A stretch of 63,164 nt of DNA, the filler included, from Octopus bimaculoides (lineage: Eukaryota), in assembly GCF_001194135.2 (NCBI RefSeq). It is 9 parts of 6 records of this genome, joined end to end, with 100 filler letters (N's around TTAATTAATTAA, not from the genome) between each part and the next. Parts side by side here need not be neighbours in the genome. Positions count along the whole stretch, not along the records: positions 22,196 to 39,168 come from NC_068982.1; positions 39,269 to 50,960 come from NC_069002.1; 7 more parts are not named here. The stretch is one strand, 5' to 3'. Below, piece by piece: positions 36,561-49,744 of this stretch. The notes beneath the pieces are model-generated. The model was not told the origin of the DNA. It worked only from the letters and a program-made list of their open reading frames with translations, and did no database searches. The translations under genes were made by a program, and so were the position numbers. Position 1 is the first letter of the stretch. Each line of letters starts with the position of its first letter.

Positions 36561-36855
36561 AAGATAACTTAGATTGGTTTCAGCCATTATAAGCCCAGGC
36601 CACGATAAACCCAATAGCACCACCTGGAAAAGTCTGTTACTTAATTATTTGAGACACCATGGACCACTCAAGCAGAGAGTTAATGTTGAGGCGTATCCAT
36701 GTGTAGGTGGTTTATCCAATATTTCGTGGAGGAATTTGTCTAGGCACCGTTTGAAAGTTTTGGGGTCTTTTTCTACTTTAATTTCTTTTCGGATGGTGCC
36801 CCAGCATGACCGCAACTTTGAAGCTGAAGCATTTTAATGACTTAAAGATTTAAAG

Positions 36856-36940
<85 letters not shown>

Positions 36941-37359
36941 CACACACAGAGGGCGGCAGAGACAGACTGACAGAAAACCCTAGAGAGGGGTAGAAAATTC
37001 TGGTGATCAAATTTTTCTTGTCAGTTCTCGGTAGCTATAAACTTTGTTCATATAATACCAATACAAAAGTTCAAAGGATTATCCACTTTAGTCCATTTTA
37101 TGACAGGAGGGCATAATATTTGGTAACTCTTCTCTGGTAAGGTAACAGCTAATTATATTTTTTTGTAATTTTGCAGTGAATGCATATTTCAGTTTAATTT
37201 TGTGTGTGTGAAATGTTCACGATCAACAATCATTAAAAATTAATAAATTCTCTAGAAATAATCTCTTTTGTCTGTCTAAATAAACAAGATAACTTCTGTG
37301 GCAGACTCAATACGACATCGAACAACATGCTTAGCATTATTTATTCCGGCTCCTTGCAT

Positions 37360-38115
37360 TCCGTTTTCAAATTCTTTCCAGGTCAATTTCGCCTTTTGGA
37401 GATCGATAAAAATGATCTATCAGCCAACTCGGTTCGACGTAATCGATTAATCCCCACTTTCGATTTTGCTGACCTGGTGCCAAAATTTGAAATTATTATT
37501 ATTATTGTTGTTGTTGTTGTTGTTGTTGCTGTTGTTGTTGTGAAGGCGGCGAATTGGCAAAACCGTTAGCGCGCCAGACGAAATGCTGCTAACGTTCTGA
37601 CTTCAAATTCCGTCGAGGTGGACTTTGCTTTCATCTTTTTGGAGTCGATAAAATAAGTACCCGTTGATCACTGGAGTTGATATTATCGACTTAGCCTCTC
37701 ATCCAAAATTGCTGACATGGTGCCAAAATTTGTAACCATTATTATTATTGTTGAGTAGGCAACGAGCTGTCAGAATCGTTAGCATGTGTGTGTATATAGT
37801 TAACTTTGCCTTTCATCCTTTCGGGATCGATAAATTAAGTACCAGTTGCGTATTGGAGTCAATCTAATCGACCCCTCCCCCAAAATCTCGGGTCTTATGT
37901 CTAGAGTAGAAAAGAATCGTTGGTGTGCCGAACAAAGTGTTTACCAACATTTCGTCCGTCTTTATGCTCTGATTTCAAATTCCACCAAATTTCACTTTGT
38001 CTTTCATCATTTCGGGATCGATAAAATAAATACCAGTTGAGTACTTGGGGCGAAGCAATCGACTATCTCGCCCCCACCTGTAAAATATCAGGCATTGTGC
38101 CTATAACAAAAGGCT
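37360..38115 (+). mobile_element. Head-to-tail array of four family A SINEs
   Basis: Copies at about 37360-37500, 37542-37745, 37755-37920 and 37925-38110, separated by ATT/GTT tails. Confidence 0.85.
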
Positions 38116-38149
38116 TATGTCGCTAATGATAAGATGTTATTGTTGCTGC

Positions 38150-38152
38150 TGC

Positions 38153-38209
<57 letters not shown>

Positions 38210-38235
38210 CATTATTATCATTATTATTATTGTTG

Positions 38236-38306
<71 letters not shown>

Positions 38307-38460
38307 GTTATTATTATTATTATTATCATTCAGTAGTTTTATTTTTATAAAGTGCTTTCACTTCACTACCGAGCGCAGCTCCGTGTGTCTTGGGTATGTG
38401 CTGTGGTTTGCTGTGATGCTCTTATGGTTACTGTATTGAAAGTGTTTTGCGTATATTATA

Positions 38461-38541
<81 letters not shown>

Positions 38542-38550
38542 TTTTATTAT
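38150..38550. repeat. Two long (ATT)n microsatellites
   Basis: 38150-38330 and 38455-38550. Confidence 0.95.
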
Positions 38551-38551
38551 T

Positions 38552-38849
38552 AAGGCGGTGAGTTGGCAGAATCGTTAGCACGCTGGACGAAATGCTTTGC
38601 GGTATTTCGCCTGTCACTCTGTTCTAAGTTCAAATTCCACCGATTTCGACTTTGCTTGTCATCATTTTGGGGTCGATAAATAAGTACAGATCGAAGACTG
38701 GGGTCGATGTAATCGACTCAACCCCACCTCCCTCAACCTGCCCTTGTGGCAAAAATTTGAAATAATTATTATTGTTATTAAGAAGGCGGCGAACTGGCAG
38801 AATCGTTGGCGTGCTGGACGAAATGCTTAGCGGTATTTTTCCCGTCGCT
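38552..38849 (+). mobile_element. Family A SINE (38552-38770) plus a SINE head (38783-38849)
   Basis: AAGGCGGTGAGTTGGCAGAATCGTTAGCAC...GTTCAAATTCC...GGGTCGATGTAATCGACT. Confidence 0.88.
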
Positions 38850-39168
38850 AAACTGACAATAGACAAGTTACATAGTCAGGGATCTGGCTACTGGAAACTC
38901 AATACGTCCCTTTTGGCGATTGAGGAATACAGAAAGCGGATCAAGATGTTAATTCAGAGGGCATTGACAGGTACCATCATTAATAACAAATGGTGGTACG
39001 CCCTAAAAAGAGCCATCAAATATGAGTCTATTAGGTTTAGCATAAGTTTAGCTAAGAAGGGACGTAGAATAGGAGATGGTATAGTTAAGGAACTAGAAGA
39101 AGCCTGGAGGACTGGCAATGCGGACCAAGTGAAGGTGAAAAGACTGGAGTTAAACCAGCATCTTGAAG
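38850..39168 (+). mobile_element. Tx1/L1-clade ORF2 fragment just downstream of the APE domain
   Basis: GSGYWKLNTSLLAIEEYRKRIKMLIQRALTGTIINNKWWYALKRAIK (GxxxWKLNxSLL motif). Runs into a gap. Confidence 0.8.
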
Positions 39169-39837
39169 NNNNNNNNNNNNNNNNNNNNNNNNNNNNNNNN
39201 NNNNNNNNNNNNTTAATTAATTAANNNNNNNNNNNNNNNNNNNNNNNNNNNNNNNNNNNNNNNNNNNNATATATATATATATATATAAATAATATATGAG
39301 TGTATGCATAAATTTGTACATGTATGTACATACCTTCATCTACATGTATATATAGATGCATATCTGGGTACATGACGTTGCAAAAAAACATGGACAAAAT
39401 GATAAACAAGGTACAGAAAACACACAGGCCACATAGAGAACATTTCCTTCATCAGCTGCCACTCATTATAACACTGGCGTTTCGAAGAGTTAGGGCATGA
39501 CGCATCGTTGCAATGGCTCTTCCCACTGACACAAATTAAATTTGTTCCATGGAGGAATGTAGTGGCGGACAGAAAACAAGACTGGAAAACTAAACAGTGA
39601 AATAAACAAACAAAGAAGGCTATACGGCCAGACGTGAAAAAGTAATGTGTATATTGAACGCTGTGAAGCACGAACTGGAATGAAACGGGACGAGGAATGT
39701 TCGTCCGTGCTTGACGGGGCCAAGATATTGAAAAGAATTAGTAGTTGGATACATGTGACCAGCGAGGGGTAGGGAGAAAGAGTGGTAGAGGTTGAAAAAG
39801 GGGAGGAAGTAGAATATAAGTGAGCAACGAGAGACAG

Positions 39838-39901
<64 letters not shown>

Positions 39902-40765
39902 NNNNNNNNNNNNNNNNNNNNNNNNNNNNNNNNNNNNNNNNNNNNNNNNNNNNNNNNNNNNNNNNNNNNNNNNNNNNNNNNNNNNNNNNNNNNNNNNNNN
40001 NNNNNNNNNNNNNNNNNNNNNNNNNNNNNNNNNNNNNNNNNNNNNNNNNNNNNNNNNNNNNNNNNNNNNNNNNNNNNNNNNNNNNNNNNNNNNNNNNNNN
40101 NNNNNNNNNNNNNNNNNNNNNNNNNNNNNNNNNNNNNNNNNNNNNNNNNNNNNNNNNNNNNNNNNNNNNNNNNNNNNNNNNNNNNNNNNNNNNNNNNNNN
40201 NNNNNNNNNNNNNNNNNNNNNNNNNNNNNNNNNNNNNNNNNNNNNNNNNNNNNNNNNNNNNNNNNNNNNNNNNNNNNNNNNNNNNNNNNNNNNNNNNNNN
40301 NNNNNNNNNNNNNNNNNNNNNNNNNNNNNNNNNNNNNNNNNNNNNNNNNNNNNNNNNNNNNNNNNNNNNNNNNNNNNNNNNNNNNNNNNNNNNNNNNNNN
40401 NNNNNNNNNNNNNNNNNNNNNNNNNNNNNNNNNNNNNNNNNNNNNNNNNNNNNNNNNNNNNNNNNNNNNNNNNNNNNNNNNNNNNNNNNNNNNNNNNNNN
40501 NNNNNNNNNNNNNNNNNNNNNNNNNNNNNNNNNNNNNNNNNNNNNNNNNNNNNNNNNNNNNNNNNNNNNNNNNNNNNNNNNNNNNNNNNNNNNNNNNNNN
40601 NNNNNNNNNNNNNNNNNNNNNNNNNNNNNNNNNNNNNNNNNNNNNNNNNNNNNNNNNNNNNNNNNNNNNNNNNNNNNNNNNNNNNNNNNNNNNNNNNNNN
40701 NNNNNNNNNNNNNNNNNNNNNNNNNNNNNNNNNNNNNNNNNNNNNNNNNNNNNNNNNNNNNNNNN

Positions 40766-40823
<58 letters not shown>

Positions 40824-40889
40824 CCTATCTATCTATTAAACGATGCCTATCTATCTAACCACGATCCTCCTATAAATGCAGGCGAAATT

Positions 40890-40899
40890 CTACCACACG

Positions 40900-40941
<42 letters not shown>

Positions 40942-40942
40942 G

Positions 40943-40977
<35 letters not shown>

Positions 40978-41350
40978 ACAGTTGCTGCTACAATCACCAC
41001 TCACTTTTAGCCATCACTACCACCACCACCATCACAACCCCCCACCCACCTCCACCTGATGATCACCGGCGCCACCTCCAGTGACGCAATCATTCCTATC
41101 AACACCGCCGCCAATTTTTACACATCGCAGCGCCACCCTGAATCTATCCCTTGCTTAAACACCCCAGCACCTTGATCACAACTATCAACACCCCTCCACA
41201 CTCCACTCTGACACTAACACCGCCTCTATTAACACCAATACCACTACGACCGTCGCTACGACCGCTACCACCGTAAACGTCAAGACCATCACCACTAACA
41301 CCACCACTACAACAACTACTACCACTACAACCACCACCACCACCAGACTG
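40890..41350. repeat. (CTA)/(CTG)/(CAC)-rich low-complexity tract
   Basis: Direct inspection; continues at 41590-42030. Confidence 0.85.
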
Positions 41351-42124
41351 CGAAAAAACTACTCACATACACATGCACATACACATACATACACTAACAC
41401 ATGCGTACGCGATCCCGCGCGCACACACATACACGCATGTATATATATGTATATATATATATACACACACGCATACACATACACACACGTACACACATAC
41501 ACACATGCACGCACATACGCTGCACATTCTTCGTAGGTCAAAGTTGATTGGTTGTGGGATGTTTATACCAAGTTTGGTCCCACGTTAGACCCCAGCCTCC
41601 GTCTCTCACCCCACCACCACCACCACCACCACCATCACNNNNNNNNNNNNNNNNNNNNNNNNNNNNNNNNNNNNNNNNNNNNNNNNNNNNNNNNNNNNNN
41701 NNNNNNNNNNNNNNNNNNNNNNNNNNNNNNNNNNNNNNNNNNNNNNNNNNNNNNNNNNNNNNNNNNNNNNNNNNNNNNNNNNNNNNNNNNNNNNNNNNNN
41801 NNNNNNNNNNNNNNNNNNCCCCCCTCACCATCATCACAACATACCACTACGATCCAACATTCCCACTGTAGCTCCTTCCCCGTTCCGCCACACCGCCATC
41901 ATCATTACAGTATGGAATCCTCTAACTGCAATGCTTAATGCACGTTAACACGCACTACACTTAACCTCTCACGCCACCACCACCACCACTACTACTACCA
42001 TCACCACCACCACCACTAGTATCAACAGCCGACGGAAAGGTTTCTATGTTGTTCGATCTTCTAGAAAAAGCAGTTAAATCTCCTTCAACCAGCACCGTCT
42101 TATTGTTGTTGGCACTCCGTCGCT

Positions 42125-42488
42125 TCCGACGTCCAGGGTTCCAGTTGATCCGATCAACAGAACAGCCTGCTCGTGAAATTAACATGCAAGTGGCTGAACA
42201 CTCCGCAGAAACATGTACCCTTAACGTAGTTCTCGGGGATATTCAGCGTGACACAGTGTGACAAGGCTGACCCTTTGAATTACAGGCACAACAGAAACAG
42301 GAAGTAAGAGTGAGAGAAAGTTGTGGTGAAAGAGTACAGCAGGGTTCGCCACCATCCCCTGCCGGAGCCTCGTGGATTTTTTTAGGTGTTTTCGCTCAAT
42401 AAACACTTACAACGCCCAGTCTGGGAATCGAAACCGTGATCCTTTGATCGCGAGTCCGCTGCCCTAACCACTGGGCCATTGCGCCTCC
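42125..42488 (-). mobile_element. tRNA-derived SINE family D, near full length
   Basis: rc GGAGGCGCAATGGCCCAGTGGTTAGGGCAGCGGACTCGCG...GGTTTCGATTCCCAG; tail shared with 21675-21860. Confidence 0.88.
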
Positions 42489-43029
42489 GTCTTATTGTAT
42501 ACTAGCTTAAAAGCCATCCTCTGTGCAGACTTTTAAGCTCGCTCCTGCGGCCCCAAAACTAAAGAGAGCTAAATAGCATGACTATAAAACGTCTATGATA
42601 ACTATATGCCCCGGTGGTGTTTGATCAGAAGTTAACGACAAATGAGAATTCATTTTGTAATGCAATTATTCCATTGTTCGAATCCCAAGTTGAATTCCAA
42701 CTGTTGGCCAATTTGTCCCAAAATTCTTATCTCGACGTAAAATTAACGAAGTGAATGTCATTTATCTCCCCCTTGATCTCTGACGTTATGTAACAAAAGC
42801 CAACCAAGATGGCGTGAATGAGTCAAGCTTTACCTGCTAGAAATAACAACCCAGATGCTTTCAAATCAGATCCCAATGCTGGAGATTGAACAACCAAATG
42901 AAGGGCAGATTTTCAATGACGGGATCATCCTGATTCCAAAAACGTATGATATGTCTATGAAGATACAGGGGCCCCAGACGGAAAAACAGAATATCGCTTT
43001 TATTATTATAGATGATTAATCCTCTACTA

Positions 43030-43110
43030 TGGACTCAAGAACTGAAATTTGCAGGAATGGGGGTAGTAAATTATACTGACCTCAGCATTCGATTGGATCT
43101 AATTTTATCA
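43030..43110 (-). mobile_element. Family A SINE fragment
   Basis: CAAGAACTGAAATTTGCAGG...CTGACCTCAGCATTCGATTGG..TAATTTTATC. Confidence 0.5.
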
Positions 43111-43186
43111 ACACCAAAAGGATCTCTCTCCGTACTGCTTCACCTCCTCCACTTTCCCCCATGATGATGATGATGATGATAATGAA

Positions 43187-43247
<61 letters not shown>

Positions 43248-45723
43248 TCGAAAAAATACCTTCGGAATGAGAACCCAGGATCTTCTTCCTCCCTAGTTCA
43301 TTAAACATAGCTGGTTTAGACCAAAATAACAGAATATATGTGAAAGTCTGCGAGACAGCAAATCAATATGCAGTGGGTGGTGCCCTCCACTTCGATAAAA
43401 GAAACCTGTCCATGTGTCTACACCTGTTAAAAATTTCAGGTCCCGAATTTAATAGTATGTTGGAATTTCTGTATCGAAGAAGTACATATGTAGTTAGTAG
43501 TTAATTGAGCATATGGTATAAAACTGGAAGTTTTCCGGTAAAACACGTTCACTACCTACGGATAGCTGATGTCATCAACGGTATTATTATAAATATCATT
43601 GGATTTATGTCAGGTATTCCTCTGTGTTCGTTTGGTATGTAATTAACGGGAGAGACGGAAGATGGACGACACGAGAAACTTTATTGATCACTACAGTCGT
43701 TTCCACCCATCTAGCATCGATCCCTCGCAATGGGGGGAGATACTGTACTACTGGTTAAGGTGCATCCCTCGGTGTAAATGTGTCTCCTTAGGTGATGTTC
43801 AAGGGGCATCTTGTTAAAATATACTCTGTTTCGCACCGCGTATAACTGCATACTTACTTCGTAAATGGAAATGGCAAAATCATGGGTACTGCTCCATTCT
43901 TATAGAAGATCGATACCAAAAGAAACATATATATATATGTATATATATNNNNNNNNNNNNNNNNNNNNNNNNNNNNNNNNNNNNNNNNNNNNNNNNNNNN
44001 NNNNNNNNNNNNNNNNNNNNNNNNNNNNNNNNNNNNNNNNNNNNNNNNNNNNNNNNNNNNNNNNNNNNNNNNNNNNNNNNNNNNNNNNNNNNNNNNNNNN
44101 NNNNNNNNNNNNNNNNNNNNNNNNNNNNNNNNNNNNNNNNNNNNNNNNNNNNNNNNNNNNNNNNNNNNNNNNNNNNNNNNNNNNNNNNNNNNNNNNNNNN
44201 NNNNNNNNNNNNNNNNATATAATATGTATGTATGCATACATGACTCTTCGTTAGGAAGAGTAAAGAGAAAAAATATCAGAGAGAGAAAATGGGTAGTATA
44301 AGAAAAGCATGTGTGTTGTTACATGGCTGAAAGATAACTGACCGGAAGTGGAGAGAGTTAGAGAAAGTGGCTTTTGAAGGCAGGAGAGTCCAAGGGCAAT
44401 GTGTGTGCGTGTGTGTGTGTGGTAGTATCTGTGTGTGTGTGTTTGTGTTTATGTGAGTAATGTATGTGTGAGAGAGTGGAGCGCACAAGTTAACAGCAGT
44501 AGTTAGATTTTGTGGTGAGATCGGGGTGGTGTGCATGTAATTGCGCTGGTGTTGTTGTGTGTGTCCTTACGTCCCGTAATAGATCCATAGCCTCGTTTGG
44601 GATCCTTCAGTACACATGAATGCCTTTTAGAACCCGATGTAGTGTGTATATTGATATAGGCTAGAGACATTTCGTTTATCTTTTCGGGGGACAAAAAATT
44701 TCTTTATATACGTATGTATTTTTCCTTCGCTTCGTTTCAGGGAAAATATTCTGGAAGGGAATAAAAACGAAAAAAAAAAAAACAAGTAAGAAAGAAAGAA
44801 AAAAGGCTAAAAGGGCTGATCGATGGATAAAGCATTGATACATGTTTGTGATCACGAAAGGTCAGGTCCAATAAACAATATCGAATTGATTAGGAACATC
44901 AAATATATAGTAAGATGTCTAATAAATGAAACACACAAAAAAGAGAGAAAGATTAGAAAAAGTTTTAGCTAGAAAAGGTTGACAGTTCTCCGCAAATATT
45001 GACATGTTGAATTGAAACAATAACAGAACGAACAACAACAACAACAACAACAACTACAACAACGATGATGATGATGATGATGATACATGCATACACATTT
45101 GTGTACATACATGTCTATACATATAAACTATAAAAATAAAGACATATATATATATATANNNNNNNNNNNNNNNNNNNNNNNNNNNNNNNNNNNNNNNNNN
45201 NNNNNNNNNNNNNNNNNNNNNNNNNNNNNNNNNNNNNNNNNNNNNNNNNNNNNNNNNNNNNNNNNNNNNNNNNNNNNNNNNNNNNNNNNNNNNNNNNNNN
45301 NNNNNNNNNNNNNNNNNNNNNNNNNNNNNNNNNNNNNNNNNNNNNNNNNNNNNNNNNNNNNNNNNNNNNNNNNNNNNNNNNNNNNNNNNNNNNNNNNNNN
45401 NNNNNNNNNNNNNNNNNNNNNNNNNNNNNNNNNNNNNNNNNNNNNNNNNNNNNNNNNNNNNNNNNNNNNNNNNNNNNNNNNNNNNNNNNNNNNNNNNNNN
45501 NNNNNNNNNNNNNNNNNNNNNNNNNNNNNNNNNNNNNNNNNNNNNNNNNNNNNNNNNNNNNNNNNNNNNNNNNNNNNNNNNNNNNNNNNNNNNNNNNNTA
45601 TATATATGAACTACAGATCTATGTATGCATGCTTATGTGTGCCACTGCGAGGCTTGTTTCAGTTTACGCATCTCTCAACTTATCTATCAGTCTATCTCTA
45701 CTTTTCTCTCTCTTTCTCCCTTC

Positions 45724-45770
<47 letters not shown>

Positions 45771-46067
45771 CATATCTCTATAACTCAGTCGCCCCACCCA
45801 CCTCTCTCTCTCTCTCTCTCTGTTCGTTTCTACCTGTTTAGCTAAATACGCTCTCTTTATGTATTTACTGTTTGTCTGTGAGCCTGGCTGTCTGTGCGTC
45901 TGTTGCTCTGATTGTGTGTGTCTGTGCGTCTTTCTCTATACAAAGAGATAATGCTCTAAAACGATCTCTTCAATAGCATTAAAAAATGAAATAGACACAC
46001 ACACGCACACATACACGTACATACATACATATATATTCATGTGTGTATATATAAATATATATATATG

Positions 46068-46099
<32 letters not shown>

Positions 46100-46984
46100 T
46101 GTATGTATGTAGGTGTGTATATGAAATAATATTACATGTAATTATAGGTCAGCATTTATCTGTAGTATATAATCTGANNNNNNNNNNTACATGTAATTAT
46201 AGGTCAGCATTTATCTGTAGTATATAATCTGAGGCATGCGTATGCGCCTGTGTATATGTACTTGTCTGTATGTGTGTGTATGTGTATGTGTCTGTATGTG
46301 TGTGTGTGTGTGTGTATTCATAAATGTAAGTATATGCACATTCATCACTTTATATATATATATTTGTATTTATATAAATATGCATTATGTATTCATGTAT
46401 ATGTGCTTCTATATATATATATATATATATATNNNNNNNNNNNNNNNNNNNNNNNNNNNNNNNNNNNNNNNNNNNNNNNNNNNNNNNNNNNNNNNNNNNN
46501 NNNNNNNNNNNNNNNNNNNNNNNNNNNNNNNNNNNNNNNNNNNNNNNNNNNNNNNNNNNNNNNNNNNNNNNNNNNNNNNNNNNNNNNNNNNNNNNNNNNN
46601 NNNNNNNNNNNNNNNNNNNNNNNNNNNNNNNNNNNNNNNNNNNNNNNNNNNNNNNNNNNNNNNNNNNNNNNNNNNNNNNNNNNNNNNNNNNNNNNNNNNN
46701 NNNNNNNNNNNNNNNNNNNNNNNNNNNNNNNNNNNNNNNNNNNNNNNNNNNNNNNNNNNNNNNNNNNNNNNNNNNNNNNNNNNNNNNNNNNNNNNNNNNN
46801 NNNNNNNNNNNNNNNNNNNNNNNNNNNNNNNNNNNNNNNNNNNNNNNNNNNNNNNNNNNNNNNNNNNNNNNNNNNNNNNNNNNNNNNNNNNNNNNNNNNN
46901 NNNNNNNNNNNNNNNNNNNNNNNNNNNNNNNNNNNNNNNNNNNNNNNNNNNNNNNNNNNNNNNNNNNNNNNNNNNNNNNNNNNN

Positions 46985-47023
<39 letters not shown>

Positions 47024-47143
47024 GTGTGTGCGTATGTGTGTACGTGTGTGTATAAATATATATTTTTATGGATTTGTATACGTACATTTATCTCTAATTC
47101 TCTATATGTATGTCTTTAAATTTACATTACGTGTGTATACCTG

Positions 47144-47179
<36 letters not shown>

Positions 47180-47349
47180 AGTGCATATATATGCATATAT
47201 GTGTGTGTGCAAGTGTCTGTGTTTGTGTGTGTACGTGTATAATCTTTCATTAATTCTGAAGATTTTCACCATTGTTGCTCTGAATTCATTTGGAAACCAG
47301 TTTTAGAATAGGAGAGTCTTCTGTGACTGATGTAGTTCTTGCCTTTTAT

Positions 47350-47352
47350 AGC

Positions 47353-47383
<31 letters not shown>

Positions 47384-48800
47384 GCTGTAGCAGCTTTTAT
47401 TGTTTTTGTTGTTGCAGCTATAGTTGATATTGATGTTGTTTCTATTAATGTTTTTATTGTACACGATATTGCCGCTGCTGTCGCCGTCGTCGTTGTTGCT
47501 GTTGTTATTGTACTTGATCATGTTGCAGCTGTTGTTGTTGTTGTTGTTGTTGTAGTATTTATCTCCTCATCCTCATCCTCCTCGTCCTCTTCCTCCTCCT
47601 TTAGCTCTTCTCAGTTAAATCCTACAACCACCATACCTTTTCAATCCGTCCCACTCCCTCCTATAAATAGATCGTTTGATATTCTGTGTACAATGAAGTA
47701 GCGAGGGATGACTTTTTAAATACAGCATGTCTTCAGTACATTAGTTCTTGTATACACCGAGCAGTGGCGCTGGTTGTGATTGTGAGGTGCTAGTGGCGAT
47801 GGTGTCGCAGTGGTGGTGGTGGTGGTGGTGGTGGGTGGCGGCGGTGCCATTGCAGTGTAGTATTAGTGGTGATGGAGATAGGGTATTGGTGATGGTAATG
47901 CAGTGGTCGGGATGTAGTGACGGTTGTGTGGCGGTGGCGGCGATGATGGTGGTGGTGGTGGTGGTAGTGCTGGAAGTAGTGGTAGTGTCCTCTAGCGTAA
48001 TAGTGGTAATGGAGATAGTGTGGAGGTGATGGTAATAGTGGTAGCGGTGGTGGTGATAGTGGACTGGTTGTACGTAGGGAGTGGTAGTGGTGGCAGTGTG
48101 GAGTGCTGTAGTTGGTATTGTGGTGGTGGTATTGTTGGTGGTGGTGGTGGTGTTGGTGGTAGTAGTGGTGGTGGTGGTGGTGGTAGTGTTTGAGTGGTTG
48201 TGAGGTGCTGGAAGCGACTTTGTGGTAGTGGCTTAATGTGAATATAATGTATTTATAATGTTGGGTGTCATGTGGTAGTAGTAAAGGTGGCGGTAGTGGT
48301 TGTGAGGTGGTGGAAGTGACGCTGTGGTATTGGCTGTAGTATGATTGTTGTGTATTAGCGGTATCTGAGACAGTGTTGTGGTGGTAGTTGACGTGTAATT
48401 ATTGGAATGTAGTTATTGCTATGTAGTGGTCATGAAGTAGTACCTGCAGTGGTATAGCAGTGTTTTTGTTGCAGTTGTATGATTATAAATGTTATAAGAT
48501 ATTGGCGGGGATGCAGTTAATGTAGTAGTGGAGACAGTATAGTGGCGGTGATGGTAATATGGTGTTTTGGACATAGTGCTTGTTGTGTGGTGGTGGTGGT
48601 GCTGGTTTCTCAGTGGTGCAAATGTAAGTGTATTACTGAAACAGATACCATTCTAGTAGCAGTGGTTGTGAAAACTGGAAAGTGTTATGTAGTTTTCGTG
48701 TAGTGGCTGCAGTTGAGGTGGTAGTGGTGGTGGTGTTGATGGTGGTGGTGGTGTTGATGGTGGTTGTGTTGATGGTGGTGGTGTTGATGGTGGTGGTGGT
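47350..48800. repeat. (GTT)n and (GTG)/(GTA)-rich low-complexity tracts
   Basis: Direct inspection. Confidence 0.85.
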
Positions 48801-49322
48801 GTNNNNNNNNNNNNNNNNNNNNNNNNNNNNNNNNNNNNNNNNNNNNNNNNNNNNNNNNNNNNNNNNNNNNNNNNNNNNNNNNNNNNNNNNNNNNNNNNNN
48901 NNNNNNNNNNNNNNNNNNNNNNNNNNNNNNNNNNNNNNNNNNNNNNNNNNNNNNNNNNNNNNNNNNNNNNNNNNNNNNNNNNNNNNNNNNNNNNNNNNNN
49001 NNNNNNNNNNNNNNNNNNNNNNNNNNNNNNNNNNNNNNNNNNNNNNNNNNNNNNNNNNNNNNNNNNNNNNNNNNNNNNNNNNNNNNNNNNNNNNNNNNNN
49101 NNNNNNNNNNNNNNNNNNNNNNNNNNNNNNNNNNNNNNNNNNNNNNNNNNNNNNNNNNNNNNNNNNNNNNNNNNNNNNNNNNNNNNNNNNNNNNNNNNNN
49201 NNNNNNNNNNNNNNNNNNNNNNNNNNNNNNNNNNNNNNNNNNNNNNNNNNNNNNNNNNNNNNNNNNNNNNNNNATGGTAATGTTGTTGTTGGGAATAAAA
49301 CTACTCTAAATGTGCGTATATA

Positions 49323-49744
49323 TTCTTTTATTCTTTTATTCTTTTATTCTTTTATTCTTTTATTCTTTTATTAGTTTCAAGTCAGTTGACTGCGGCTACG
49401 CTGGAGCACCGCCTTTAGTCGAACAACTCGAACACATGACTTATTCTTTGTATGCCTAGTACTTATTCTATCAGTCTCTTTTGCCGGACCTCTAAGTTAT
49501 GGGCTGTAACCGCACCAGCATCAGTTGACAAAGCGATGTTGAGGGCGTGGGGGGACAGACATACATACACAAACACACATGCGACGGGCTTCTTTCAGTT
49601 TCCGTCTACCAAATCCACTCACAAGGCTTTGGTCGGCCCGAGGCTATAGTAGAAAATACCTGCGCAAGGTGCCACGCAGTGAGACTGAACCCGGAACCAT
49701 GTAGTTGGTAAGTAAGCTATTTACGAAACAGCCCCTCCTGCGCT
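49323..49744 (-). mobile_element. Family B (CORE-like) SINE, full length with an (AATAAAAG)n tail
   Basis: tRNA head at 49744, CORE-like CAAGGTGCCACGC, internal CA tract, GCTGGAGCACCGCC 3' part, and TATTCTTT repeats at 49320-49372. Confidence 0.9.

Noticed and set aside
39440-39535. Minus-strand GAAGAG...CTCTTC-GAAAC and a downstream CTGATGA
   Set aside because: The motifs are present but no permutation gives both a valid NUH site and stem I. It could be a decayed PLE-type repeat, but is not supportable.
43645-43725. Minus-strand GAAAC-GACT-GTA-GTGATC-AATAAAG, resembling the 3' half of a hammerhead plus a poly(A) signal
   Set aside because: No CUGANGA core upstream; only half the motif is present.
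46133-46232. 45-bp direct repeat around a 10-N gap
   Set aside because: Identical sequence on both sides of a 10-N gap is an unmerged contig overlap.
40890-48800. CAC-rich tract and GTG-rich tract as a long-range inverted repeat
   Set aside because: Only compositional low-complexity complementarity, with no unique-sequence alignment.
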